Assembly (NCBI RefSeq): GCF_009834535.1
Contig: NC_045696.1
Span: 2,296,001 to 2,360,000 of the forward strand
Direction: 5' to 3'
Length of the DNA: 64,000 bases
Source of the DNA: Camelus ferus
Taxonomy: Eukaryota
Position 1 is the first letter of the stretch; every line of letters starts with the position of its first letter. The notes beneath the pieces are model-generated. The model was not told where the DNA came from and did no database searches. It saw nothing but the letters and a program-made list of their open reading frames with translations. Both the position numbers and the translations under genes were made by a program. Below are positions 14,683 to 25,479 of this stretch, piece by piece.

Positions 14683-14860
14683 ACAGCTAACACTTAGGTG
14701 CTTGCTGTGTGCTGAGCATATTTCCCGAGTTAACACACGTAATCTTCATGACTACCCTGCACGTGCAGATTCATCCTGTTTCACAGGTGAGGAAACTGAG
14801 GGAGAGAAACCAGAGGTTACAGAGTCAGTGACGGCGTTGCCGGGTGAGAGCCCCTGGAAT
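14683..14860 (-). mobile_element. MIR remnant
   Basis: MIR core-like ACAGGTGAGGAAACTGAGG with flanking similarity. Confidence 0.6.
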
Positions 14861-15660
14861 CCACAGCGGCCAGCAGCACTAGCCACTGTCCTTACTGCCC
14901 TGTTCTTCCTGCTCTGTGAGGTCAGCTGCCCTTGGCTCCTAGGGGGGCCTGAGGAATCCTTTCTCTGCAGCCAACCTCACCCCTCCTCTGATCCGTCATC
15001 TACAGTTCCTCCCTCTCCCTGAATACTTTGTCCACCCAAAATCCACGTGTTGGAGCCCGAGCCCTCAAAGTGATGACATTTGGAGGCAGGGCCTTTAGGA
15101 GGTAACTAAGGTTAAATGAGGTTCTAAGGGTGGGGTTCTGATTTGATAGGATTAGCGTTATCTGAAAACTGGATACACCTCTTGGTGTACGTCAAGCCAA
15201 AAGCAGCCAAGCCAAAGACCGAGAGAAGGAAGGATTTATTATTACTTGCAGCAAGTAGGGAGAACACTGGTTTTTCCTTCACCAGTGTGTAGAGGAAAAA
15301 TTAATCAGTCAACCTTATAAAGAAACGGAAAATTTTATTCGAGCCAAATTTGAGGGTTATAAACCGGGAAGAGCATCTCAGAAACCTCTGAGAACTGTTC
15401 TGCCCTTTAGAAATCAAGGCACAATGATACTAGTTTTTTGAGACAGAAGGTTGGACACACATGACATGTTATTGACAGTTTACATAATACAGAGCTCAGC
15501 GGCATCCTGGTGGGTCTTGTGACCCCTTACGAGATGGAGAAGGAATGTTATCTCTTAAGGAGTTTCTTGTTGGTGCTGGGAGAATGTTGCCCTTCATGGT
15601 TGAGCAGATATTCCCACCAGTGGGGGAGGTTTGGCTGATGCACAATGCAGACGCGCAGTG

Positions 15661-16130
15661 TGTACCTGAGCAGGACCCTGTAGGGCCTTCCTGGAGCAGA
15701 ACCCCCCCCCCCCATCCTCTGCTGTAGGGCCGCTCTGAAGTATCCAGATAAAGTATCTCATGTATATTTCCTGAGTTTTTCAGATGCTAAAGCCGCCGTC
15801 AAATGCGAGAAGTTAACTACTTGATGACCATGAGCATGCGGCCCCCAGACCTCCTGGTGCCTAAGGCCTGATAATGTTAATCACCCTGCAGCATCAGCCT
15901 ATCAGAGGTTGTGCATGAGCTGATACCACACCCTGGGGTGCACCCCCTCACGTGGCCTTTAAAAATGCTTCAGTGAGACCCTTGGCGTTCAGGGGGCTTT
16001 TGGGGTGGGGGGCACAAGCCACCATTCTCCTTGCTTGGCCCCGCAATAAACCTTTTTCTGCTCCAAACTGTAACCTTTCAGTTTGTTGGGCCTCACTGTG
16101 CATCGGACACAGGAACACAAGTTCCGTAAC
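15661..16130 (+). mobile_element. Solo LTR 'C'
   Basis: TG...CA termini (TGTACC...TAACA), TTTAAAA TATA-like box near 15958, AATAAA at 16045. Confidence 0.75.
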
Positions 16131-16196
16131 AAATCCACATGTGGGGAGAGAGGAGGCCAAAGGGCAGAGAAGAACTTGTGTTTACGTTCTTGTCTT

Positions 16197-16335
16197 GGGG
16201 GAGGGCATGCTCAGGGGTAGAGCGCGTGCTTAGCATGCACAAGGTCCTGGGTTCAATCCCCAGTACTGCTATTAAAAAAATAAAACAAGTAAATAAACCT
16301 AACTACCTCCCCCCCAAAAAAATAATAAAGTAAAA
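16197..16335 (+). mobile_element. tRNA-derived SINE (vic-1-like)
   Basis: GCTTAGCATGCACAAGGTCCTGGGTTCAATCCCCAG head plus AAATAAACCTAACTACCTCCCC tail. Confidence 0.85.
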
Positions 16336-17517
16336 ACAATATTTTTAATAAAGTAAGAGAAGAATCATGAAAAGTGAGGCTGGGGAGCCCCTGCAGGAAT
16401 TAGGACAGGAGCACAGCTCTGCCTGGGGAGGCTCCCCAGGCATAACAGGGAAAGAAAGACGTGAGACACACAGACACACATGTATGTTATATAAGCACAT
16501 ATACACGCATGCAAGGGGATATTAGTCATAAAAAAGAATTAAAAAATCAAATTTTCTTGTCTTGCCATGAAATATGAATTTTATTTGACGAGTATCTCCC
16601 CGAATGGCAAAACTGGGAAAATTTTAAGCTAAGGGTCCCTGCATATTCATGAAGGGGCCCAGGCAGCAGACAGAGTGAAGTCATGCGCGTCAGCACCATC
16701 ATTCTCCTCGGAACGGTGAGTGGGGCCTTGGTTCCCACAGACTCAAGGACATTTGTCAGATGTTACGTACATCCCTGGAGGAGCTAGGACCCAGTTTTGC
16801 CACTGAACTACTGTTTCTTGACTGCTTCTCCTTTGTTCCCGCACCCCCCCACTCCCCCTAAGATCATGAATTACTGAGACCTGTTCCAGGAAGAGTAATG
16901 TGACCAGGCTCAGGTCACAAATGACTTAGGCCAAAAATGGCTTCTCTTGTGTCAGGAAAGCCATGCCTGGTTCTCCTTCTCTGGGGACCCTGACCCCATC
17001 CGCTTACATTAGTGTCCTGAGGAGAAAAAACCCAGAGAGCTCACTCTCTCTGTGTGTGCAAGCACTGAGGACAGGCCACGTGACGACACAGTGAGCAGGT
17101 GGCTGTCTGCAAGGCAGGAAGAGGGCCCTCACCAGGAACCGAGCCAGTGGCACCTTGAGTCCCACTTCCAGCCTCCAGAACTGGGAGAAGATGTATCTGT
17201 GACACTGCCCAGCATGTGGTCTTCTGTGACAACAGCCCCAGCAGACTGAGAACATCCCTTTGCCTTATGGGCTATGCATGCCTTCAAAGCCCTGTCATGA
17301 TTTTCAGACCACACTACCTATTGAACTATAACACATTCCACAAGGCCACTTCCTGCCCTGCTGGTGGCTGGTCTTGTTTGGCTGAGACGTTTAGCTAAGT
17401 GTTTAAAAATTCAGCTTGTATTATTATTCAGATATGGTGAGGTCAACAAACAGATCAGGAGATGCCTGCCAGTAAAGACAGCTTGTCACTCACAGTTCCT
17501 AAGAGGTGGGGGCATGC

Positions 17518-18073
17518 TGTAAGCAGACAGGATGGGCGTCCCGACAAAGAGAACCAGGCGAGCTCTTCCTGACACAAGAGAAGCCGTTTTTAGCCTAAGC
17601 CGTTTGTGATCTGAGCCTGGTCACGGTGCTCGTTCTGGAACAGGTCTCAGTAATTCACGATCTTAAGGGGACAAAAGAATGCAGAAACAAGGACTGTTGT
17701 CAGGCAAGAGAAGGAACAACAGCAAAGATGACACATCAGTTGTAAAGAGTCCCAGATCTGTTTCAGTGGGTCCAGGTTAGCCTGAAGCTCAACCACCAGA
17801 TCAGCTGGAACCCAAGGGATGAAGATGTTGACCTTTCCTGACCCTTGACTTCAATCCACTAAAGCTTGGACTCTGTCAACTGCCCTACATGAATATGCAT
17901 GTGCCCTTAGCTTAAACTTCCCCAGTTTTGCTGTTGGGGAGACCCCGCTTTGGGAAAGATCCCCAGTGTTCTTACTTGGTGCAAGTAATACATCCTTCCT
18001 CCTCCCACTCTTTGGCTTCGCTGTGTCTTTTGGCTCGACACCCATCAAGAGGCAAACAGCGTTTCAGGTGACA
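17518..18073 (+). mobile_element. ERV1-type solo LTR 'D'
   Basis: TGTAAG...TGACA termini, TSD ATGC/GTGC, homologous to 3174-3419 and to LTR A. Confidence 0.8.
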
Positions 18074-18152
18074 GTGCCACGCCAGCAGGGCCACGCCGGG
18101 AATCACTGGGTTGGGTCAGGAGGCAGAAGGAGCGAGGGGAAGGCATGGGCAC

Positions 18153-18650
18153 TGTCGATGAAAATAATCAATAAACAATCAATAATAAGAATAGAAAAGA
18201 GTTTTATTTGAGCCAAACTGAGGACCAGCCTGGAAGCCCGCTTCCCAGCCTCCTCCGAGAAACCGCTCCGGAGAAGCAGGGCTCCCAGCAGAGTTTTGCG
18301 TCTTGTCAGAACAAAGAGCATTCAGCAAGTCAGGATTGCATTTTCTCAAGGTTTCTAAATAAAAACAGACCAGCACAGACACAGCGAGTCAGCGTGGCCT
18401 CAGCACTTGGGAGGGGCCTGATCATCAAAGGAGGACCAGCACCGGCGCCCCGGGAAGACGGGCGGTTGGTCTTTTTTGTTTTTCAAGATGGACCTTCTTT
18501 ACTCCTGGTCAATGTGCCCTTTTCCATAATAATTAAAGCAGATGCACGATGCATGTTCGATGGGCCACACACAGGCTGTTTTAGTCAGCATCAAATTCAA
18601 GTGAACTCACGTGTTATATATATCTCAATATGTGAACACGTCTTTTACCA
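18153..18650 (-). mobile_element. Solo LTR 'E'
   Basis: TG...CA termini, TSD GCAC/GCAG, minus-strand AATAAA near 18203; end resembles LTR B. Confidence 0.7.
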
Positions 18651-19392
18651 GCAGGAATCTTTACCGCTGCATCAACGAGAAAGGCAGGGCAGGTGCCAGG
18701 CCGCATGCGACTGGCTAGAACGGTCCGCAGGCTCCAGGGTGCAGGGCTGTCTCCAGCTGTGTGGTCCCCGCCCCTGGGGCAGTCATGGCTGAGGGACGGT
18801 GCCTCCCAGAGTGTAAGCTGGGCAGAGGAGTGGTTTGGAGCGGGGGCTCGGGGGTTTGGTGAGTTTGCCTGTGAAAGTCAGGTTTTCCATCTCAAGGCTG
18901 GGACTGGCGCTGGGAGGGGCGGGAACCAGAGGAGGGAAGTAATCCCAGTATCATGTCCAAGTGATGTTAGGGGCATTCAGCAGACAGACTCAGCGCCTAG
19001 CATGATGGAGCATTCAGTGAGAGTTCCCTCTTCAGTGCTTAGCCAAGATTCCCCTGGCCCTGCTGAACAGAAGCTGGTGGAAAATTCTGCATTCTCTCAT
19101 GACTAAGGGACTCCAGGCGCCATTTTTATGGAATGAAGACTCTAGTTTGAAATCCTTCCATGTTTAAGAAATTGCTCCATCCTTTTGGGAGCAGACTTCT
19201 GGTCATTTCCCAGTTAGAATGTCTTTCTTAACAGGCAACAGTGGAACCTCAAGGCTGAGTTACAAGTTTAAACAAAAATTAGAATAGATAAAAAAATAAG
19301 AAATTAAAAAAATTTTAATTAGAAGTTATTATTATTATTTTGCTTAATCTTGGGACTAGACAAGATTTTTTGAACCTTTAAAACACTTTGAA

Positions 19393-19515
19393 GGGGAAAG
19401 TGTAGCTCAGTGGTAGAGCACATGCTTAGCATGCACGAGGTCATGGGTTCAGTCCCCAGTCCCTCCATTAAATAAATAATAATAATAAATAAACCTAACT
19501 ACCTCCGCGCCCCAC
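19393..19515 (+). mobile_element. tRNA-derived SINE (vic-1-like)
   Basis: TAGCTCAGTGGTAGAGC...GGTTCAGTCCCCAG head and family tail. Confidence 0.85.
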
Positions 19516-19714
19516 CCACCCACACTTTGGGCCAGTGTCTTTTCAAAATTCTAGAAAATACCCTGGATTCTTTCCTGGGCTGTCCGGTGTAGTTTGACTT
19601 TTTAATCCTCAAGCACGCTTGTCTGGTGTGAAGCTCAGCTTGCTGTCTTCGGGTCACTAGCGGGCCCCTGTGACAGCCTCCCAGGCTCCCCGGGGTCCCC
19701 AGGCTGCACCCTGA

Positions 19715-19839
19715 GCAGCTCCAGGCTCCACCCCGTGCAGCTCCAGGCTCCACCCCGAGAAGCTCCAGGCTCCACCCCAGCAGCTCCAGGCTCCACCCCG
19801 AGAAGCTCTAGGCTCCACCCCTAGCAGCCCCAGGCCACC
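19715..19839 (+). repeat. Minisatellite, 21-22-bp unit G(C/A)AGCTCCAGGCTCCACCCC(NN), about 5.5 copies
   Basis: Seen directly. Confidence 0.9.
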
Positions 19840-20562
19840 TGGACAGTTTTCTCGCGAGATCGGGGGAGCGTGTGTTGAGTTGAAGGGGAGCCCGCGAGGG
19901 GCGTTCGCTGCTCAGAGTCCCCGCCTGCAGAGGTATCGTCACGCCTTGCGCTCTGTCCTGGCCAGCCTTCCCTGAAGCGTTTCCTCTCCCCCCGCCCCCC
20001 TCCCACAGTGACACTCTAACAAGAAAAGATTCAGAATCTGGGCCAACAGCCAAGAATTTTAGACCCTCAAGGGGCCTGCTGGGGTAAATTGTTCACCAAG
20101 AAAGACAAGAGAGAAAGCGAGGAAATCCTCCCTTTCGCTGTGAGTTCGCCTTCCCCGGGCGCTGGGTCTTCCTCCCGTCTCCCTGGAGGCAGCCTCGCTG
20201 CCTTGGCGGGCTTGGGTTAGCTTTGCCGCAGGGGTTCCTTTCCTTTCTACGTACCGCACGCCACGGCGATTCTCAAACGTCACTCACGGCTGCTCTGGTT
20301 GTAAGAGGACTCGTGTTGCAGAAAGCGCGGCAAGACTAGAAACACTGCGGAGAAACAAGCTCCTCAGCCCCTGCGCCTGAGGGGGCGCAGCCTGCTGGTC
20401 TCCTTTCTAAGCGCACCTGCTTTCACAGGGTGCACGGCAGGTGTGTGACGCATGGTGAGTGCTCAAGAAGCGTACTGACGTCAGATTTTTTAAACACTGG
20501 GATGGTAATGTATTATGTATATACATTATAATATATATATATTTAACTTTGGGGTGTCCTTG

Positions 20563-20668
20563 ATTTTTTATTTATTTTATTTTTATTTTTAATGGAGGTA
20601 CTGGGGATTGAACTCACTTCCTCGTGATGTTAAGCACACACTCTACCGCCGAGCTCTACCCTCCCCCC
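20563..20668 (-). mobile_element. tRNA-derived SINE (vic-1-like)
   Basis: Reverse complement of the family head with T-rich tail. Confidence 0.8.
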
Positions 20669-21079
20669 TGTAGTATATTTTTATACTTTCAACATGTCCT
20701 CCACTATTTCTCCACGGTCTTTTTAAAACTTTTATTTTTTCTTTGCTTTCTAATTTATTTTTTATATTATTTTTTTTCTCCGCGGTCTTCAACGGCTTCA
20801 TTATCTCCATCATGTGGAGCTACAAGAATTCCTTTAATCCTCTGTTACTTGATAGGCTGTCTCCAGCTCTTCAGTGTTACAACTATTTCATCGGACTTAC
20901 TTGCAAGTAAATCTTTCTGTACATTTCTAGTTACTTTCTTAGTATGGATTCCTTGAAGCGGAATCTTCAGATCCTTAAATCCATATTGCCAAACTGTATT
21001 CTAAGAAAGTGTGTAATTGACACTCCTGTGAGCAGCTGAAGAAAATTTTAACACAGACACATCAGGTATCTGTATTTTT

Positions 21080-21231
21080 TTGTTTTTGTTTTAATTGGTG
21101 TGTAGTCAGTTTACAATGTTGTGTCAATCTCTGGTGCACAGCGCAATGTTTCAGTCATGCACATACATGCATACACTCTTTTTCATATTCTTTTTCATTA
21201 TAGGTGATTACAAGATAGTGACTGTAGTTCC
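21080..21231 (-). mobile_element. Short L1 3' end with TSD
   Basis: Reverse L1 3'UTR terminus flanked by CAGG(T/C)ATCTGTATT at 21063 and 21232. Confidence 0.8.
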
Positions 21232-21419
21232 CAGGCATCTGTATTCTTAAAGAATTCTTGAAAATTGGGAAATAAAAAACACAGGAGACATTTTTAGAGA
21301 AGAACTTGTGTAACGTCTCCCTATAGTTTTATAGAAATTATATATGCAAATAAAAGGGACTGATCTAATTGTAGGAGCTGGATTTTTAGAGTGTTAACCA
21401 AGAATTCCAAGAATGGAGA

Positions 21420-21855
21420 CGTGGTTGAAATAAAGAGGCATTTTTGTTTTTGGAGTTTGTTAGGACTGTAGCCCTGCAGACACATTTAAGAAGCACTTGA
21501 ATTGTGTTCTGCCAGACTACAGAAAGGGGGAGGCTGATAGAGGCAAAAAAGACACAAAGTTATGAAATTGTTTGCCAAGAATTAGGACTGGAGCTGGAAG
21601 AAGTTAAGGGTGCTTGTTAAGCAAGGATTGGCTAGGGTTGGAAATGATTACATAGTTGAGAAGCCTGTGTCCAGGGGGTACTTTGAAACTACAAGCTTGC
21701 AGCTGGCAGCTGGCAGGGGCCAACATACTGTTTAGGGAAAGGTTTGTGTATCCTTGATTTTGATACAGTTCAGAAAATTCAAGTTCTTGATGCAGGAATA
21801 TTTTGAAACCACATCCACAATGGCCACCCATCTCCATTTTGGATGCCTGAACCAC
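21420..21855. mobile_element. Probable ERV LTR remnant
   Basis: LTR-like composition ending ...GAACCACA; family not identified. Confidence 0.4.
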
Positions 21856-22175
21856 AGTTACTCCGTTTAGAGTTTTAAATGATCTTAAATATGTCATCAG
21901 GAGGTATAGGGTCTTCTGTTGGCCTCTGCTATCACGCCAAACAGGCCAGCCTCTCCTCAGCCCAGGGCTGACCCAGACCTGATCGCACAGCGTCAGAGCC
22001 TGTGAGAGTCCCTGGCTCGCCCACCTGTGGTCCTTACTAAGGACTGTGCAAGCCCGAGGTGAACCCTCAGCTCACCTCTGCCTAATCTGGAAAACGGGGC
22101 GATAACAGCATCGCTGGCTCAGATTTCCTGTGGGAATCACATCAGATGATACACACAACACATGCTTATGGGTTC

Positions 22176-23056
22176 TGTCCGTCATGGGTTTTGTCCAGCA
22201 AAAATCCCACTGCGGAAGGATGAGATTACTCAAGACTGTATCAGGTCAAGAGAGTGAGAGGGAGCCGGAGACCAGCCCCTCCAGAGCTCCGGTATTTATT
22301 GAGAAGAGTCAGACAAAGAGCCAAAGTGAAATGCGCCGTAGGAATGAGTAAAGGGGACGGTGCACGTGCAGGGACGCAGGCCAGCGGTTTCAGTTAGTGA
22401 GAAACAGAAACATTGTGATCTTAATTTATACTCGAGAGAAGGTTACAATATTGACCGTACAAACGGTTATTTTAAGCCTCAAACAATCATGAGCGAGGTT
22501 ACAGTGTTCCCAACAATTGATAATGAAAACCCAGACCACCGCAGAGTCGCCGCACAACGATCAGAAGTCGTCTGAGCGCGCGAAGCAGCCCCGCTGTCCC
22601 CAGCCGAGGGCTCGGGCACTGTCTTCTGCGAGCAGGAGAGGCCCACGCTGTCCACCTGCGCCTGATGAGCGAAGCGTGTCCTGCCGGTCAGGGCGGGGGA
22701 TGAGCTGTGGCTTTCCATGAGCGCAAGCAGCCCTGAGCCTAGGACCTCGAGCTCAGCAAAGCGAGCAGAGCGTGTCTCTGCTTTTTACGGAGAGGAGACA
22801 GTTTGTAGCAGGTCCCGCTGGCAAAGCGGCTCCGAGGCAGCTGAGCGAAGTTCTGCAGATGAGGAGGGGACTGGTATCGAGAGTTCAGCCTTTGTGCTGT
22901 GGGACACTTTGCTTTGAAGCAGCAGCACAGTGACAAGCACAGAAAGCGTGGGCTTTGGTTATACATGTCTTATGTGCCTACATAAAGGAGAGAATACGAT
23001 TTGGTAAAGCGATCATTACAATATCGAAATCTGTTAACCCGAGCGTGTGCTCCCAC
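22176..23056 (-). mobile_element. Long (about 880 bp) LTR-like element inserted in a MIR remnant
   Basis: TG...CA termini, minus-strand AATAAA near 22295, MIR-like flanks; no clear TSD. Confidence 0.5.
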
Positions 23057-23384
23057 ATGTGCTGGTGATTAATAAAACCAGCTTCCCACCAGGCTAACTC
23101 CTTCAGGGCAGGGACCAGTGCTGGCTGGGGTGGAAGCTTCCAGAAGCAGTAACTGCAGGAACAGTGAAAATCATGCTTGACAAATGGCTGGAGGCTGAGT
23201 GTGGACTAACTTGAGAGTTAAAAACCCTTGGGGAGGGGACACATTGAGGCGGGAGGGTGTTGCCTCCAGGAGCACTTCCAGGGCCCAGCTGTAAAGATGG
23301 AGAGAAACGCCAGCCCTCCAGCTTGCTGTCCCAGGTGACCAGAGAAAGATGACTCAGAAATGCTTCTGAGCACACACCCAGGGA

Positions 23385-23990
23385 ACTTCTCTTTACATTT
23401 CTCACAAGGCAGGTCTGCTGGCAACAAATGCCCCAGGTTTTGTTTGTCAGAGAGTCTTTCTCCCTCCTCCACTTTTGAAGGAAGGTGTCACTGGGTACGG
23501 AGTGCACGCTGGTTCTTGTCCTTTGAACACGCCAACTATCTCACTGCACCTCCTCCTGCCCGCGTGGTTTCTGGGGACACGTCAGAGGTAATCCTCACCC
23601 TTGTGCCTCCACAGGCCAGCTGGTTTTTTCCTTCAACCTCTTTTAAGTTTCCCTCTGTCTTTGGTTTCCTGCAGTTTGCATATGACATGCCTGGGTGCAG
23701 TCTTTTCGGCATTTATCCCACTTGGTGTTCTCTTAGCTTCCTGGGTCTGTGCTTTGGTGTCTGCCACTGGTTTTAGACAATCATCAGCCATCGTTCCCTC
23801 AAATGTTTCTTCTGTTCCTTTCTCTCCTTTGTCTCCTTCTGGGGTTCCAGCTGCGCGTGGGCTACGCCTTTTGTAATTGTCCCATAGTTCCTGGATCTTC
23901 TGTTCAATGTCTTTCTCTGCTTTTGAGCTGGTTTCTACTGATGGGTCTTCAAGCTCCTCAAGTCTTTCCTTGGTCATGTCAGTCTGCTGA
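23385..23990 (-). mobile_element. Old LINE-1 ORF1 fragment
   Basis: ERLEELED...IQELWDNYKR...GTPEG...PRHVICKLQETKDR resembles the L1 ORF1p coiled-coil/RRM region. Confidence 0.85.
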
Positions 23991-24104
23991 TACCCCCAGG
24001 TGCAGCCTTGATGTGGCCCTGCGTGGCAGCCTTCTCTCATTTGGAGCTCTAGGTAACAGAGTTCAGCCTCCTATCTGTCTGTGAGTCGCTGTGTTGTGTT
24101 CCAC

Positions 24105-25160
24105 CATCAGAGAATGCAAAGAATATACAAAACATACAAAAATATACAAAAGATGTCCAAAATATACAAAGAATTCTTAAAACCTGATAATAAGAAAACA
24201 AACACCCCAATTAAAAATGGGCAAAAGACCTGAACAGACCCCTCACCAAAGAAAATACGCACGTAACAAGCATGTAAAGCTTTGCCAGCGTTATATGTCA
24301 CCGGGGAAGCGCAAACTAACGCAGCTATGGGGGATCATTTATCAGGATGGCTCAAGTTCAGAGCCCTGACAACACCAGATGCTGACGAGGGCGTGGAGCC
24401 ACAGGGACTCCCATTCACTGCTGGCGGGAACACAACATGGCACCTCCACTTTGGAACAGTCTGGCTGCTTTTAAAATAAAGCTACACGTAGTTTTGCCAT
24501 AGAGTTACATTCCTTGATATTTACCTAGTTGAAAACTTACGTCCACACAAAAACCTGCACATGGACATTTATAGCAGCTTTATTCACAACTGCCAAGGGT
24601 GAAAGCAACCAAGATGCCCCTCAGTAGTTGAATGGATGAGCAAACCGAGTGGAATGTTATTCTGAAGTTAAACAAATGAGCTATCAAAGCACAAATGACC
24701 TGGAGGAAACAGTGTGTATTGCTGAGTGGGAGAAGCCAGTCCGAAAAGGCTACAGGTGATTCTGACTGTGTGACACTTTGGAAAGGGTCAAACTACAGAG
24801 GTTGTAAGAGAAAATCGGTGGTTGCCGGGGGTAAGGGGGAGAGAGGGGTGAACAGGCGGAGCACACAGCATTTTTAGGGCAGTGAAACTGCTCTGTGTGA
24901 GACGTTAATGGTAGACACGTGTCATTACACATTTGTCAAAATCCATCGGATGTACACCACCAAGAGCGAACGCTGTGCAAACTGCAGGCTTTAGTTACTC
25001 ATAATGTTATAACGCCGTCTCACTGATTGTAACAAATGTACTACACTAATTCCAGGGGTTAACAACAGGGGACACCATGTGTGTGGGAGGGGTATATGGA
25101 CATTTTCTTTACTACGTCCTTAAGTTTTCTATAAATGTAGAACTATTCTAAAAACTGAGA
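24105..25160 (+). mobile_element. Old LINE-1 (L1M-type) 3' fragment
   Basis: AAAATGGGCAAAAGACCTGAACAGAC, GCAACCAAGATGCCCCTCAGTAG and L1M 3'UTR motifs. Confidence 0.85.
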
Positions 25161-25355
25161 TCTATGAATTAAAATAATACATGTTTATAAATAAAAATTG
25201 TGTGTAATTCTATGACCCATTGGTAGTATTTTGATGTAAACCTAGAATTTTTATGTTTCTTTTTAAGAGTAAAATAGATCTGTCACATTATTTTAGAACC
25301 TACCATTTTCATTAACATACGGTGGTATGCGTCTTCCCATGTCAAGGATAATTCT

Positions 25356-25479
25356 GGGGGGAGGGGAGGTAATCAGGTCTATTCATTCGTTTGTTCCAAA
25401 TGGACGTACCGGGGAGGCGGCCCGGGCCCCGCGCAGCGGCGCACGCGCTCGGCCGCTGAGCCGCGCCCCCCTCCCCCCC
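25356..25479 (-). mobile_element. tRNA-derived SINE copy with extreme GC enrichment
   Basis: Colinear with the reverse complement of the other SINE copies (GGAGGTAAT..AGGT..., AATGGA.GTAC.GGGGA, GCACGCGCTC..CC.CTGAGC). Confidence 0.8.

Larger units (their letters stand above)
15288..16590 (-). mobile_element. ERV1-type LTR 'B', interrupted by LTR 'C' and a SINE
   Basis: Homologous along its length to 28527-29122; TSD AGTG/AGTA. Confidence 0.75.
15156..17008 (-). mobile_element. ERV1-type LTR 'A', itself interrupted at 15288-16590
   Basis: Reverse-complement homology to the LTR at 17518-18073; 4-bp TSD TTAG at 15152-15155 and 17009-17012. Confidence 0.75.
15020..17253 (+). mobile_element. 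MLT1A-like LTR split into 15020-15155 and 17009-17253 by nested insertions
   Basis: The two halves join as a continuous MLT1 sequence across a TTAG duplication. Confidence 0.75.
17418..18925. mobile_element. MER21-like LTR split by two younger LTRs
   Basis: Pieces 17418-17517, 18074-18152 and 18651-18925 resemble the recalled MER21 consensus. Confidence 0.55.

Noticed and set aside
19393..19470. tRNA-Ala gene (and similar heads at 931, 16197, 28675, 36177, 45385)
   Set aside because: Degenerate stems, a shared non-tRNA tail and TSDs identify them as SINEs
19715..19839. CRISPR-like array
   Set aside because: Adjacent tandem units with no unique spacers in mammalian DNA; a minisatellite
23633..24040. 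Novel coiled-coil protein ORF
   Set aside because: Decayed L1 ORF1p fragment
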